A DNA stretch of 64,000 nucleotides from an uncultured Spirochaetota bacterium (lineage in GTDB: Bacteria > Spirochaetota > Brevinematia > Brevinematales > JAOACQ01), in contig CAWAOD010000003.1 in assembly GCA_963783575.1 (NCBI GenBank), forward strand, positions 96,001-160,000, written 5' to 3'. The notes below the pieces were generated by a model. The model saw only the letters and a list, made by a program, of their open reading frames with translations, was not told the DNA's origin and ran no database searches. How positions within the stretch are numbered: the first letter of the stretch is position 1; every line of letters starts with the position of its first letter. The translations under genes and the position numbers were made by a program. This document shows, one piece after another, positions 52,205 through 63,826 of this stretch.

Positions 52205-54493
52205 ATGAACAGTCGGATAGTATTTAAATTATGCCTGACATTTCTTTTTATATTTATCTTTGGTTTGAGCTACGCAGCAAATATATCACTTGATGCATCT
52301 TTATATCAATCGGGCAGCAAATTCTTTTTAAAAATCGTTAATAAATCAAGTACACAATTCAGCACCGCGGGTTTGACATGGTATTTTAATACCGAACAGG
52401 CCGCGGCGCCTTTTCAATATACAATCGCCCCTTTTGAGACAAGGGATTTCGAAATTCCTGTCTCACCGCCTGCCGTTCAGGGAAGTTATAATCTACTTGC
52501 CGTATTGAATTATATGAATGAAAACTCTGCCTGTTCGGTCCTTGCTGGCAGGGTTGTAAGTTTCGGCGCCGAATCGCCGATTAAACCTGACGCCGCTATT
52601 AATGCCCCTCCGGTATTTAAAGAAGGAATAATTTCAATTAAAATGAACAACCCGGACGCAGTTACTACTGTCAGGGCTTTTTTCCCGGACCAGCTGCAGG
52701 TAATGGATACTTTAACAAATGGAAATACTATAAGTTATAAAATTTCAAATAAAAATCCCTCAATGAATAACTCGGCGGATATTTATGTTTTATTCGAAAA
52801 ATCCGGTATTAACGGCAACACCCCCATACATTCAGCTGGTTTTATATCTAAAACAATTAAGATGGGCCCTTTTTATACAATTCTAAATCAATCGATCATT
52901 TTCTGGTTTATAGCCACCCCTATTTTCCTTCTGGTATTTTCAATTATTTTCGCGGCCGGGTATTTTTACAAAAAGAAGGGAAAACCGGAAAAAGGGGAAT
53001 TGATACAGTACGTGTCTTTAATATTGTTCATATCTTTCTTTACGCGATTTTTTATCTATAATTACCCGTTCAATACATTCTGGGATGAGAATTACCATGT
53101 CGCCTCGGCGCAGAAATATATCGGTCATGTAATGTTCATGGAACCTCACCCGCCGCTTGGCAAAATGCTGATTTCGCTGGGTGAAATAATTTTGAATCCC
53201 AACCAGGGAATCGATACTTCTTCTTTTCTGACTACGGATTACATCACGACATTCCCTGACGGTTACTCGTTTCTTGGCGTCCGTTTTATACCGACACTCC
53301 TTTCGGTTCTTTCCTCAGTTCTTTTTTTCCTTATTTTGTTTTATTTATCAAAACATCTTCAGTATTCTTTCCTATTCAGCACACTATTCCTGTTCGACAA
53401 CGGTTTGATAATACACACCCGCTCGGCAATGCTTGAAGGCACCCAACTATTTTTCATCCTGCTGGCGGCTCTTTATTTTGTCATCATTTTTGCTAAAGCC
53501 GGTAAGAGGAAATGGACTGAATATTTATACCTTGGCTTGCTTACCGGCCTTGCCGTTTCCGTAAAATTAAACAGCATGGTTCTGCTTCTTCTTTTTGCCT
53601 GCCTTATCATTAAAGAGTATTTTAATGAAATTAAAGATTTGCCTTGGAAAAATTTAACAAATAAAGATGCGAGCGGAATATTTAAGACTTTATTTCGGGT
53701 CATGAAAGAATTTTTAATTAAAGCCGGCGTTTCACTGGCGGGGATCGCGTTTGTATTTCTGCTGGTTTATTATATCCATTTCTCTCTTGGTGAAAGAGTG
53801 CTATCCGGCCGTTATTACAGGGCTACAGATCAGTATAAGCTTATAATAAGCTCCGGGCAAACTGCAAACCCATTTAATTTTCCGATTATGCTCAGGGACA
53901 ACCTTGAGTACACCCATAACTATGAAAAAGGCGTTCCGCAATGGGATCCCTCAAAAAAAGACGAGAATGGAAGCCCTGCGATAGGATGGCCGGTTGGCTA
54001 TAAAAGCATTAATTACCGGTGGGAAAAATTCGGCGGTAAAGTCTCATATTTCTATTTTCAGGGTAACCCTGTCGTATGGTGGGCAGCGCTGGCGGGAATA
54101 ATCCTGTCGGCAGCTCTTATAATAAGCAGATATGTTTTCGGTTTCATGAAAAAAGACAATGAAAAACTAAATATGATCCTTGTTTTCACCCTGCTCTATT
54201 GCGCATATATGGGGGCTGTCCTCCGGATTACCAGGGTGATGTATCTTTATCATTATTTGATTCCTTTGATCTTTTCCCTGATTTTGTTTTATCTGCTGTT
54301 TTTATATTTATTCAAGGAATTGATTGAAAAAAATGACAAAGTTTTATATTATACGGTTATTCTTTTTTCAGCCGAAGTTTTTGCTGCGTACCTTTTTTTC
54401 GGTCCGTTAACATACGGATTACCGCTTTCTGCTGCCGATTTCATCAAAAGGGCCTGGCTGAAAGTCTGGGATTTGCATTATATTTATTTTTAA
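52205..54493 (+). CDS. PMT-like (GT39) lipid-carrier-dependent glycosyltransferase with an N-terminal periplasmic domain
   Basis: Motifs FWDENYH, HPPLGK, GNPVVWW, RVMYLYHY; multiple TM helices. Confidence 0.85.
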   Translation: MNSRIVFKLCLTFLFIFIFGLSYAANISLDASLYQSGSKFFLKIVNKSSTQFSTAGLTWYFNTEQAAAPFQYTIAPFETRDFEIPVSPPAVQGSYNLLAVLNYMNENSACSVLAGRVVSFGAESPIKPDAAINAPPVFKEGIISIKMNNPDAVTTVRAFFPDQLQVMDTLTNGNTISYKISNKNPSMNNSADIYVLFEKSGINGNTPIHSAGFISKTIKMGPFYTILNQSIIFWFIATPIFLLVFSIIFAAGYFYKKKGKPEKGELIQYVSLILFISFFTRFFIYNYPFNTFWDENYHVASAQKYIGHVMFMEPHPPLGKMLISLGEIILNPNQGIDTSSFLTTDYITTFPDGYSFLGVRFIPTLLSVLSSVLFFLILFYLSKHLQYSFLFSTLFLFDNGLIIHTRSAMLEGTQLFFILLAALYFVIIFAKAGKRKWTEYLYLGLLTGLAVSVKLNSMVLLLLFACLIIKEYFNEIKDLPWKNLTNKDASGIFKTLFRVMKEFLIKAGVSLAGIAFVFLLVYYIHFSLGERVLSGRYYRATDQYKLIISSGQTANPFNFPIMLRDNLEYTHNYEKGVPQWDPSKKDENGSPAIGWPVGYKSINYRWEKFGGKVSYFYFQGNPVVWWAALAGIILSAALIISRYVFGFMKKDNEKLNMILVFTLLYCAYMGAVLRITRVMYLYHYLIPLIFSLILFYLLFLYLFKELIEKNDKVLYYTVILFSAEVFAAYLFFGPLTYGLPLSAADFIKRAWLKVWDLHYIYF

Positions 54494-54593
54494 CAAGCAT
54501 GCAAGCATAATGCTTTTAATAAATTTATAGAAGAGTTCTGACTTTGATACATTGAGGTTCTGCCTCAAGTGTACTTTAAAAACCGAGGTTTTA

Positions 54594-55163
54594 ATGGATC
54601 ATATCCTGAAACTGAGAAACGGATTTTTATGCCTGTTGATTCTGTTTGCTTTATTTATGATTTATAAAATGCGGCCGCGGATTTCTTTTATAAACCCGAT
54701 AAAAATGCAATTGATAAAACAGAAGGGAAATATAAAAAGACTGGCCGATCCTCAAAATATTGATTTTGAAGTAAATTATAGAATCCCGACCGTGGATTTT
54801 GTGGAAGGAACCGAACTTTATCATAAAAAGCTAGGCCCGCTCGGCTTCCAGAACGATTTTTTCCTGGATATTACTTCAAAATTCATCGTTCTGAAAGAAG
54901 GGAATTACGAGTTCAGCATAGCCTCGGACGACGGTTTTCAGTTCTGGGTAAATGATAACCTGATAGGAGAATTCCTTGATAACAGGTCATTAGCGACAAA
55001 CCAGTTCAGTCTTTATTTGAAGCCGGGGGATTATTCATTCAGGATTTATTATTACCAGGGTTACGGCAGAATGGGCCTGTATGCCGGTTACAAATATACC
55101 GGCGATAACAGATATTATATAGTTGGAGAAAATTCGCCGTTTATGCGATTCCATGAAAAATAG
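54594..55163 (+). CDS. Membrane-anchored PA14 domain protein
   Basis: GNYEFSIASDDG and YYQGYG PA14 motifs; N-terminal TM helix. Confidence 0.8.
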   Translation: MDHILKLRNGFLCLLILFALFMIYKMRPRISFINPIKMQLIKQKGNIKRLADPQNIDFEVNYRIPTVDFVEGTELYHKKLGPLGFQNDFFLDITSKFIVLKEGNYEFSIASDDGFQFWVNDNLIGEFLDNRSLATNQFSLYLKPGDYSFRIYYYQGYGRMGLYAGYKYTGDNRYYIVGENSPFMRFHEK

Positions 55164-55220
55164 CCCGTTTAAAAATAATCGGAAAGCTTATGAAAACAAT
55201 TCATTAGGAGTAAATTAATT

Positions 55221-56183
55221 ATGGGAGAATATTATCTTGATTTTGAAAAACCGATACAGGAGATAGAACAAAGCATTTCAGACCTGAAAGCTGTTGATAA
55301 GAAAGAGAAAAATGTCGACTTTTCAATCGAAATTGCCGAACTTGAAAAACAGAGGAATTTTATTCTGGAAACTATTTATAAAAATTTGACGCCCTGGCAG
55401 GTTGTCCAGGTTGCAAGGCATCCTGAACGGCCGCTTTTAACTGACTATATCAAAGGCATTTTCGACAGCTTCCTCGAATTTCATGGAGACAGGCTTTTTA
55501 AGGACGATAAATCAATAATAACCGGCTTTGCCAGTCTCGGCGGTGAGAATTATGTAATTATCGGACAGGAAAAAGGAAGAACCACTAAAGACAAAATTTT
55601 CAGGAACTTTGGAATGCCTCAGCCCGAGGGTTACCGCAAGGCGCTGAGGGCAATGAAGCTTGCTGAAAAATTCCATAAACCTATCCTTTCATTTGTAGAC
55701 ACTCCGGCAGCATATCCGGGGATGGAGAGCGAGGAAAGGGGCCAGGGAGAAGCAATCGCTAAAAATCTTTTTGAGATGTCCGCATTAAAAACTCCGATAA
55801 TCGTTACGGTGCTTGGAGAAGGTGGAAGCGGCGGAGCGCTTGCCATTGCGATTGGGGACCGCGTTCTTATGCTGGAAAATGCAATCTACTCCGTTATTCC
55901 CCCAGAAGGCTGCGCGTCAATTCTATGGAAAGACGCCGGAAAAAAGGAAAAAGCGGCTAAAGCGCTTAAATTGACGTCAAAAGATCTGCTTAAACTGGAT
56001 ATAATCGAGGAAATAATACCGGAACCACTCGGCGGAGCTCACAGGAATTTTAATGATACCCTTCAAAATGTAAAAGAAGCTATTTTAAAAAATATTGCCG
56101 AGATCAAAAAAATACCCATAAATAAGCTTGTACAGAAGAGATATGAACGATTCAGGAAACTTGGAAGGTATAATGAAGGATAA
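55221..56183 (+). CDS. accA: Acetyl-CoA carboxylase carboxyltransferase alpha subunit
   Basis: Motifs LDFEKPI, ARHPERP, NFGMPQPEGYRKA, GEGGSGGAL. Confidence 0.96.
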   Translation: MGEYYLDFEKPIQEIEQSISDLKAVDKKEKNVDFSIEIAELEKQRNFILETIYKNLTPWQVVQVARHPERPLLTDYIKGIFDSFLEFHGDRLFKDDKSIITGFASLGGENYVIIGQEKGRTTKDKIFRNFGMPQPEGYRKALRAMKLAEKFHKPILSFVDTPAAYPGMESEERGQGEAIAKNLFEMSALKTPIIVTVLGEGGSGGALAIAIGDRVLMLENAIYSVIPPEGCASILWKDAGKKEKAAKALKLTSKDLLKLDIIEEIIPEPLGGAHRNFNDTLQNVKEAILKNIAEIKKIPINKLVQKRYERFRKLGRYNEG

Positions 56184-56215
56184 GAATATATATTTTTTCT
56201 TGGAGGAAAACAGAT

Positions 56216-57983
56216 ATGTCAAAATTGACAGATGAATTATTAACGATGGAAGGACATAATTCCATTTTTGAACAGGAAATCCGAAAATTAAAAGTACCGG
56301 TCTGCAGTATTTTTTTAAAAAACAGTAAAATATTGCCCGCGTCATTCACAAAGGCTATGAAAACTCTTGGAACCGGTGATGTTGAAAATGTCAATAAAGA
56401 ATTTCCAAAAACCGTTAAAATGACCGAAAACCGCGTACTTGAAGGTAAAAATTCAGATAACGCACCGGCTTCGGGAAAAAAGAGTGGCCGTTTTATTTTC
56501 GGGAGGACCGGCGGCTGGCGGTCATAATGTAATAGTTGGGCTGATCAAGGTTCTTGGAAAGGATAATAAGTTATTCGGCGTTCAGGGCGGACCGAAGGGA
56601 TTGATTGACGGCAAGCTTTTTGAAATAAAAGAAGAAGATATTCTTCAGGTCATAAATACCGGCGGTTTTGATTTTCTCGGCTCCGACAGGACCAAGATCA
56701 AAACCGATGAACAGTTCGCAGCAGTTAAAAAAACGGCAAAAGATTTTCAATTGAACGGTATTGTTGTTGTCGGCGGAGACGACTCAAATACAAATGCCGC
56801 GATACTCGCCGAACTTCTATATGACGAAGGCGTGCAGGTTATCGGAGTGCCTAAAACAATCGACGGCGATCTTCAAATGGGCGACATGCTCCCGATATCC
56901 TTCGGTTTCGATACTGCCACTAAAATTTATGCCGAAATGGTGGGAAATATACTTCAGGATACGCCATCATCCAGAAAATACTGGCATTTTATTAAGCTTA
57001 TGGGCAGATCGGCCAGTCACGTGGCTTTGGAAGTTGCCCTCCAGACAAAACCAGCTATAACATTGATTTCTGAGGAAGTCGAAGAAAAGAAAATGTCTCT
57101 TTCGGAAATTGTGGCAAATATCTGCGATACCGTGGCAAAGCGCGCGGCAAAAGGAATTAATCACGGCGTTGTTGTGGTACCGGAAGGATTGATTGAGTTT
57201 ATACCGGAAATGAAAGATCTAATCGCGGAACTCAATGAAATAATTGCTGAGTTCGGCGAAGATTTAAGCAGGATAGCTTTCTTTGAGGGCAAAAAAGATT
57301 TCCTGTATAAAAAAATGACTGCCGATTCGGCAAAACTTATGGCATCACTGCCCGATGAATTTGAAAAGATGCTTCTCCTGGACAGGGATTCCCATGGCAA
57401 CCTTCAGGTTTCCCAAATACCGACAGAAAGGCTTTTGATCCAGATGGCTGAGGAAAAGCTTCAGGAAATGAAGCGCCATCCTGATGAATTCAAGCATCTT
57501 AACCTGAACCAGGGTGAGGCAAAGAAATTCATGGAATCAAAATTCGCTACAAATTCACACTTTTTCGGTTATGAAGGCCGCTGCGGCGCACCGACATTGT
57601 TTGACGCCGCATATACCCTCAACCTCGGATTAACAGCCGGTTCACTTATTCTGGACGGAAGAACGGGATACATTGCTTCCATTTCCGATCTTGATAAGGG
57701 CGGGAAGGTTCTTGCGCTTCCATTAACGGGTCTTTTGAATATCGAAAGAAGGCATGGGAAAAATGAGATGGTAATTAAAAAGGGCCTGGTTGAAACCGGT
57801 TCCCCCGCTTTCCAGTATTTTGCGAACCGCCGCAGCGAATGGGCTGCTAAAGATTATTTTACAAGCCCCGGCCCAAGACAGCTCTGGGGCCCCGTATCAA
57901 AACAGCTTCCGATGACCATAGCGCTTAACCGCTATTACGATTCAATCAGGTTTGACCTGGGCGCTGAAACAAAAATAGGCTGA
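56216..57983 (+). CDS. pfp: Pyrophosphate-dependent phosphofructokinase; an extra A near 56480 splits the ORF
   Basis: Motifs SGGPAAGG, GGDDS (PPi-type), PKTIDGD, MGR, GYEGR. Confidence 0.9.
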
Positions 57984-58025
57984 GTTTAATAATAAGTTTA
58001 ATCCGCATATTTATTTATTTGAACA

Positions 58026-58898
58026 TTATTGATTGTGATTCAACGTAAATGATATGCGGGTTTTGTACAAATCCGCAAGATCCTTTTCATCCTCTATGAT
58101 CAATGTATCTTCAGAGTGTGCTTTTGAATATCCTCTGAAAAAGTAGTTTATACCGCCGCCTCCCGGTTCGCCCTTCCAGGCTTTGATATTGAGCTTCTGC
58201 TCATAGAAATTCTTTACATTTTCCATTGAATCACGAGTCAAAAAGTAATGATAAAAAATCCCGCCTCCAATAGTCGATGAACGGGATGAATCATATACCG
58301 ATTCCGGAAATTTGGAAACGCCGAGTTCATCTTCGGAGGGAATAATATTTGGAACCGATTTTGAATAAGTTTTACCCATAATGCCAACCTGGGTATTATA
58401 ACCTTTTTTATAGTAAAAATTACATATTGTGATTTCAATAAAATTAATATCCCCGCCCGGGCTTTTCCTGTACCAATGAAAAGTATGGACAACGCCTCCG
58501 GAAACTGTCATGGACTCATAATACACAGGTGTCGAATCTCCGGGTTTTAGCAAAAGGGGATCGACAGAAATCCACTTTTGATAGTTCATATTAACACCAT
58601 TCAATTTTTTTAAATAAAACCCATATACGATATCCCTTTTTTCCGCGGTAATATAACAGTTTGTAAAACCGTCTTTAACCGGCGGGTTTCCCGGCAGTGC
58701 CCTAAGAGTTTCCTGAATAATCCCGCCTAAACTATAGGGTTTTGGCTGTTCATAAATTTCAGAACCCGGGAATAAGGGTATGTTTATATCAGAGTATTGT
58801 ACCTGATCTGCAATTATCGGAGATTTAATCAAAACTAAAAAGACCGCTAAAGCAACAGGAAAAAATATTTTTATCATATTCAAACTCCCAAAATTCAT
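58026..58898 (-). CDS. Secreted hypothetical protein with an internal two-domain repeat
   Basis: Signal-like N-terminus; two similar segments (FPGS...FYLKKL and FPES...FYEQKL). Confidence 0.6.
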   Translation of the reverse strand: MNFGSLNMIKIFFPVALAVFLVLIKSPIIADQVQYSDINIPLFPGSEIYEQPKPYSLGGIIQETLRALPGNPPVKDGFTNCYITAEKRDIVYGFYLKKLNGVNMNYQKWISVDPLLLKPGDSTPVYYESMTVSGGVVHTFHWYRKSPGGDINFIEITICNFYYKKGYNTQVGIMGKTYSKSVPNIIPSEDELGVSKFPESVYDSSRSSTIGGGIFYHYFLTRDSMENVKNFYEQKLNIKAWKGEPGGGGINYFFRGYSKAHSEDTLIIEDEKDLADLYKTRISFTLNHNQ

Positions 58899-59026
58899 TT
58901 TTTCAGAACAGCCTGATTGTTTGTTTAATGGCCATCTAATAATTATATACTAAATTTAATATTCTGTATAATCTTCTTCCACAAAAAAGAATTTTTTTAA
59001 TAAATTTGGAAGGAATGAAATAAATT

Positions 59027-59488
59027 TTATGCCTGTCTTAAAGTTTCTATGTCAATTTTGTCCATTTTAAGCATCGCCGAAAAGGCTCTTTTTGATTTCT
59101 CAGGATCCTTATTATTCATTATCTCGCCTAAAGCAGCCGGAACAATCTGCCAAGAGAGGCCATATTTATCTTTCAGCCAGCCGCATTGTCCCGTTTTTCC
59201 GCCTTCCGAAAGCTTCTCCCACATTTCATCCACTTCATCCTGATTCTTACAATTTACAAACAGAGATATTGCTTCAGTGAAAGGAAATTGAGGGCCGCCG
59301 TCTATCGCCATAAAATCCTGGCCATCAAGCTGGAATACAGCGGTCAAAACCTTCCCCTTTTGTTCCGGTACATCATCTCCATATCGAGTAATGCTAACAA
59401 TCTTGGAATTTTTAAAGATAGAAACATAAAAATTGATAGCCTCTTCGGCTTTACCGTCAAACCACAGGAATGGAGTTATTTTTTTCAT
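59027..59488 (-). CDS. VOC/PhnB-like (3-demethylubiquinone-9 3-methyltransferase family) protein
   Basis: MKKITPFLWF, CGWLKDKYGLSWQIVP; GGAGG RBS. Confidence 0.92.
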   Translation of the reverse strand: MKKITPFLWFDGKAEEAINFYVSIFKNSKIVSITRYGDDVPEQKGKVLTAVFQLDGQDFMAIDGGPQFPFTEAISLFVNCKNQDEVDEMWEKLSEGGKTGQCGWLKDKYGLSWQIVPAALGEIMNNKDPEKSKRAFSAMLKMDKIDIETLRQA

Positions 59489-59716
59489 ACAATTACCTCC
59501 TGGATTGAGTATATTGGCAGCCTTCATAATCAATCCATTTTTCAATTTAAAAATTAGCATAATAAATTCATTTTGACAAGTTGAAAGGTTTAAATTACTA
59601 AGATAAAAAATTTAAATCGGCGGGTAAGGAAAAGTAAAGTAAATAATTTCAAATTTAGACATTTTGTTAGCATATTTCAAACCCGGTAATCACTTTACTA
59701 ACACCGTGAGTGCATA

Positions 59717-59920
59717 TTAATTTTTGCCTTTTTGCATCCTCCAAGCGCCCAGGTTTAGAATGATGCCTACTACGAAAGCAATTGCACCGTTAATAACCCA
59801 TAGCATTTTCCCCGACATAACGCTGCCCGGAAGAACATTAATCCCCTGGAGAAACCATATTAAACCCATTAATGCCAATAAAATACCTATTATAATGATT
59901 ACAATTTTTAAAATTTTGAT
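59717..59920 (-). CDS. Small two-TM membrane protein (67 aa) missed by the ORF track; ATC in the start position
   Basis: AGGAGG-N6-ATC, then IKILKIVIIIIGILLALMGLIWFLQGINVLPGSVMSGKMLWVINGAIAFVVGIILNLGAWRMQKGKN*. Confidence 0.7.
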   Translation of the reverse strand: MKILKIVIIIIGILLALMGLIWFLQGINVLPGSVMSGKMLWVINGAIAFVVGIILNLGAWRMQKGKN

Positions 59921-60038
59921 ATTGCACCTCCTAAATTTTAAATATTTTATCTTAAATGATATATTAATGTCAATAATTTTTGAAATAATTTAATTATAAT
60001 TTTTTATTTAAATAAAATACGGCAGCCCAAGTAAGCTC

Positions 60039-60118
60039 GGGAGCACGGATGCTCCATGAAATCCTCTCTTTAGCCAATAAAACCGCCGAACGATAGTTCG
60101 GCAGCGCAACGATTGCGC
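60039..60118 (+). repeat. Three-hairpin element, copy E
   Basis: GGAGCACGGATGCTCC-N29-GCCGAACGATAGTTCGGC-A-GCGCAACGATTGCGC. Confidence 0.85.
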
Positions 60119-61636
60119 CTAGAACCCCCAATACAACTCTGCTCCAACATTATACATATAAAACCCGAGCTCCCCCGGGTATCTGCCCAGCTCCTTACCG
60201 TAATAGGTCAGGTTCAATTTCAGATGAGCGTAAGTTAACGGAAATGCGAAATAGGAAATGGTCCTGATCCAGGATATTTTTTCAAGCCAGGCAAAAGTTA
60301 AATGAAGCGTTGCGCCCAGAGTAGGATAGCCCTGGTTTATACCTGCACCGATATGCAGCGTATCGAATAAAATTTTTGAATCAATGCCAAGATGAAGTTT
60401 TGAAAAAAAAGACACCGGATAAGTATAAAACATATCATCCATTTGAAAATAAATTGCCGGTTCATTTACAAACAATGTAACAATGTCCGGGAGCAGAAAA
60501 GTGTATTTCATACCTAGTGAAAGATCCGGAGGCAGCCAGCCTAATTGTTTTGACTTTGTCCAGTAAATTGGAGACAAAATGTCCGAAAGTTTAGCCGCAA
60601 TTGTAAACTCTTCAGTTACTGCCTTTGTCATTCCTATATCCAGTGCTGTTCCCCAGCCTTCCTTAACGATATTACCGTTAAGAAAAGGCGATATATCAAA
60701 TACGTTTGATGAAGTATTGTAGCGCTGAACATAATTTGTTATTTCCGATGTAAACTCCATGTAATCCTGAAGATTGGAAGCTTCTCCGGTAAGCAAATAA
60801 TATCCCCTTAAGGTAAAACCAAGGTTGAATTTCTCAATGAAGGGAAGCGTCATTTCACCTCCGCCAAGTGAAACAGCGGCGCCGGTCTGAAAATTCAATT
60901 TTATCACAGGATCATTCAGGAAAAAAACCAGGCTTCTGTCTGTTCCGAGAAGCCCCGCATAACCGTCCAGTGTTGTGTAAGCGCAAAAACCTATACCGTT
61001 TCTATACAATGACAGCCAGTTTAAATTATACATTGCGTAACCGCCGAGCTGGTCATACTGAAGGATATACGGCATGGCATTGGTCAAGTTGCCTTGCTGA
61101 CCGGATTTATCGAAGAGCGGGTATAAGTCAAGCATACCCAGCGAAAGGAAATTGAGATAACTTATTAAATCGGAGAAATTGAAAATATTTAAAACCGGCA
61201 GAGGGATGGTTGAATTTAAATCCGCATTTGACAATGAGCCTTTCAATTGAGGAATGGCTTTGCGGGATGCGTTCAGAAAATCCGATGTAAAACCGATTCC
61301 GGTGTAGGAATCAAGAATAAAAATCCTTCCGGGATGATAGTTGATTTCAAAGGCTTTCGGATCATACGCGACATCTATCGGATCGGGTATCATTTCTTCA
61401 AAACCGTTAATGTCATTCCGGTCTGGCTCATCGCTTTCCATAAAAAGCCTCGAATCAGTCTTGATTCTACCGTATTCAACCATTAACGCAGGGTTATTGA
61501 TCCCCGTAAAAGGCCCGTCTTTATCAAAAAGAGTGACTCCTCCGATAAATCCGGTATCCATTGACTCGAGATCAAGAGAATAGAAAATCGAAGCGCAGGT
61601 AAAGAAAATAAATAAAAAAAATATTATAAGTTTCAT
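60119..61636 (-). CDS. Outer-membrane beta-barrel protein (TraF/FadL-like)
   Basis: Signal peptide; NPA motif, GWGTALDIG, KLHLG, AGINQGY, YGKELG; terminal Phe. Confidence 0.65.
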   Translation of the reverse strand: MKLIIFFLFIFFTCASIFYSLDLESMDTGFIGGVTLFDKDGPFTGINNPALMVEYGRIKTDSRLFMESDEPDRNDINGFEEMIPDPIDVAYDPKAFEINYHPGRIFILDSYTGIGFTSDFLNASRKAIPQLKGSLSNADLNSTIPLPVLNIFNFSDLISYLNFLSLGMLDLYPLFDKSGQQGNLTNAMPYILQYDQLGGYAMYNLNWLSLYRNGIGFCAYTTLDGYAGLLGTDRSLVFFLNDPVIKLNFQTGAAVSLGGGEMTLPFIEKFNLGFTLRGYYLLTGEASNLQDYMEFTSEITNYVQRYNTSSNVFDISPFLNGNIVKEGWGTALDIGMTKAVTEEFTIAAKLSDILSPIYWTKSKQLGWLPPDLSLGMKYTFLLPDIVTLFVNEPAIYFQMDDMFYTYPVSFFSKLHLGIDSKILFDTLHIGAGINQGYPTLGATLHLTFAWLEKISWIRTISYFAFPLTYAHLKLNLTYYGKELGRYPGELGFYMYNVGAELYWGF

Positions 61637-61652
61637 ATAATATTACTTCAAA

Positions 61653-63151
61653 TCATTGCAGATCGTTAATCAAATTACTCGCATTGGTCACATCCGGCGA
61701 ATTTACTACATTGCTTATCTGCGCCAGCGAATTGCTGATGATAAAAGTCACCGTATTTGAATCATTAATCAGATTATTGGACAAAATCGTGATCTCATTG
61801 CTGATTTCAATAAGATCATTTGACAATTTTGTGAAATTTGAATTAGGGATGAATGACGGAGGAATATCAGTATTGGTATCAAAATAATACATTAAATTAG
61901 TATTAGTTATGTTTAACGGATCATTAGTCAAACTAACTAAATTACTTATTTTATTAATGTTGCTAATAGCATTATTTGCCAGAACACTAGCTTGATTTGA
62001 TAAGTCCGGCAAGTTAGTCATTATATCGTAAATAAAGAGGAGCCCCCTTTAATTCCGCCGTTTGTACCGAATGTGTTATGAGTATTCCATGGCGTAGGAT
62101 TATAATTGCCTATACTTGTAATATAATTATAACTCCCTACGATAACAAAATGAAAATTGTTCATAACCTTACCGATAGCATCAGGCACTAATTTTCCAGT
62201 ATTTAACCTTTTAAAATAATTTGTCAAAATGCTCCTCGCGTTTGTATTGCTCATAGCATCCATAATTTCATCATAAAGATCGGCATAACCGTTATTTGTC
62301 CGGTAACCGTAGTCAGCATTAATCATTTTGAGATAATTTGAAGGTCTTATAACCGTATTATCTATTTTATCAGCGTAAGACAAATTATTAAAAACAAATT
62401 TATCAATCCCCATAACCTTTTCAATATTTTCATGGGCATTGGACAATTTATCAAGATTGGTTAAAACATCATTGGTTGAGAAGTTTGTCGATATGTTAGT
62501 CGTATCCATCAAATTAGAGATGATTTTATTATAATCGAAATTTGGGACCACATTCATGTTATCATTGGAAACAATTATGTAATCGTTGCTGTCGGCATAG
62601 ATTGAATTCCCGTCAGAATCCAGAAGATCAAGAAACAATGATGACATGTAAGCCATAAGAAGGATCTGGTTAATCTCCATATTATCGGGCGGGACAGCCT
62701 TATCGCCCTGGCCGTTTATTATGCCGTTGGGACTGTCAAGGACTCCGATTATATCCTTAAAAACCGTGGAAGTAGAGTACTTCATTAATATTTTTCCAGC
62801 ATCATCGGTATTAAGGGCATTGATTATATCGGCAGTTGTTTTTAACTCCCGCATTGAAAGATATATCAGTAAATCGGGCAGGAAAACCCTCATTTTTGTC
62901 CTGGCATAACCGAGGCGGGCCTTTGAATTTCCCGGATTTAAATTAATCGCGTTGGAATATTCTATCAAAGCCGCCGGATAATTTTGCTGGTTGTAATATT
63001 GATCTCCTCTCTGCGTATAATCTGAAGCCGAATAGCCTTCCATCGGCGGATTTATAGCCACAAATACATTGCAGGAAACTATTAATAAAAGTATAAAAAA
63101 AATGAATATGATATAGGCATAAAAAAAGAAGCCTTTTTTAAAACCGGACAT
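61653..63151 (-). CDS. TPR-containing Asn/Thr-rich lipoprotein, probably one gene split at a G5 run near 62045
   Basis: Lipobox IVSC and a TPR (GDQYY..AINLNP). Adding one G gives KGGLLFIYDIMTNLPD, which fuses the two ORFs. Confidence 0.65.
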
Positions 63152-63172
63152 TTATAACTGCTCCTTTTCAGA

Positions 63173-63814
63173 TCATTTGACTACGGAATTGGTTCCTGAA
63201 TTTGAGTCATTTGTCTTATTATCATTTTTTACAGGTGCTATCGTATTTATTATATAATTCAGAACTTCGTCGGTTCTGCCGGAAATTGTTGAAAGCCAGT
63301 AGTTATAACCTGTTTCCCTGTTGTGCAGGTTGACATCTATAACAATATAACTGGAAAAGAAATTCTTATCGAATTGAAAATATTCTATATCACCGCTTAA
63401 AATTATATTAATTTCTTTTATCATATTTAAATTGTAAAATATATACGATCCGTCATTAACGCTGGTAACTTTTAATGTGCCTTCCTGCTCCCTGCTGTCC
63501 CTTGATGTTCGGATGCTGTTGGCAAGCCCGTAATTAAAAACCTTAATGCCGGCTTTCATCAGCCTTTTTTTCAGCTCCAAATTGACAAAATGTTTAATTT
63601 CAACCGGATCTTCATTTTTTGCCAGCAGGTTATCCGATCCGAAATCATCAAACAGAACGGATGAAACAAGAACATCGCCGCTATAAGGCATGTCAACCAT
63701 CATTACTGTTTTGGAGGAAAAATTATAATTTTTCAGGCTTCCTCCGTAAAAATATACAAAAACGGTAAAAATCATAAATAAAGCTGCTATACCAGTATTA
63801 AAAATCCTTATCAT
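63173..63814 (-). CDS. Membrane-anchored hypothetical protein
   Basis: 213 aa with an N-terminal TM helix and GAGGAGG RBS. Confidence 0.6.
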   Translation of the reverse strand: MIRIFNTGIAALFMIFTVFVYFYGGSLKNYNFSSKTVMMVDMPYSGDVLVSSVLFDDFGSDNLLAKNEDPVEIKHFVNLELKKRLMKAGIKVFNYGLANSIRTSRDSREQEGTLKVTSVNDGSYIFYNLNMIKEINIILSGDIEYFQFDKNFFSSYIVIDVNLHNRETGYNYWLSTISGRTDEVLNYIINTIAPVKNDNKTNDSNSGTNSVVK

Positions 63815-63826
63815 AAAAAATCCTCC

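Noticed and set aside
59724..59993. 89-aa plus-strand ORF
   Set aside because: It is the antisense shadow of the RBS-supported minus-strand membrane protein.
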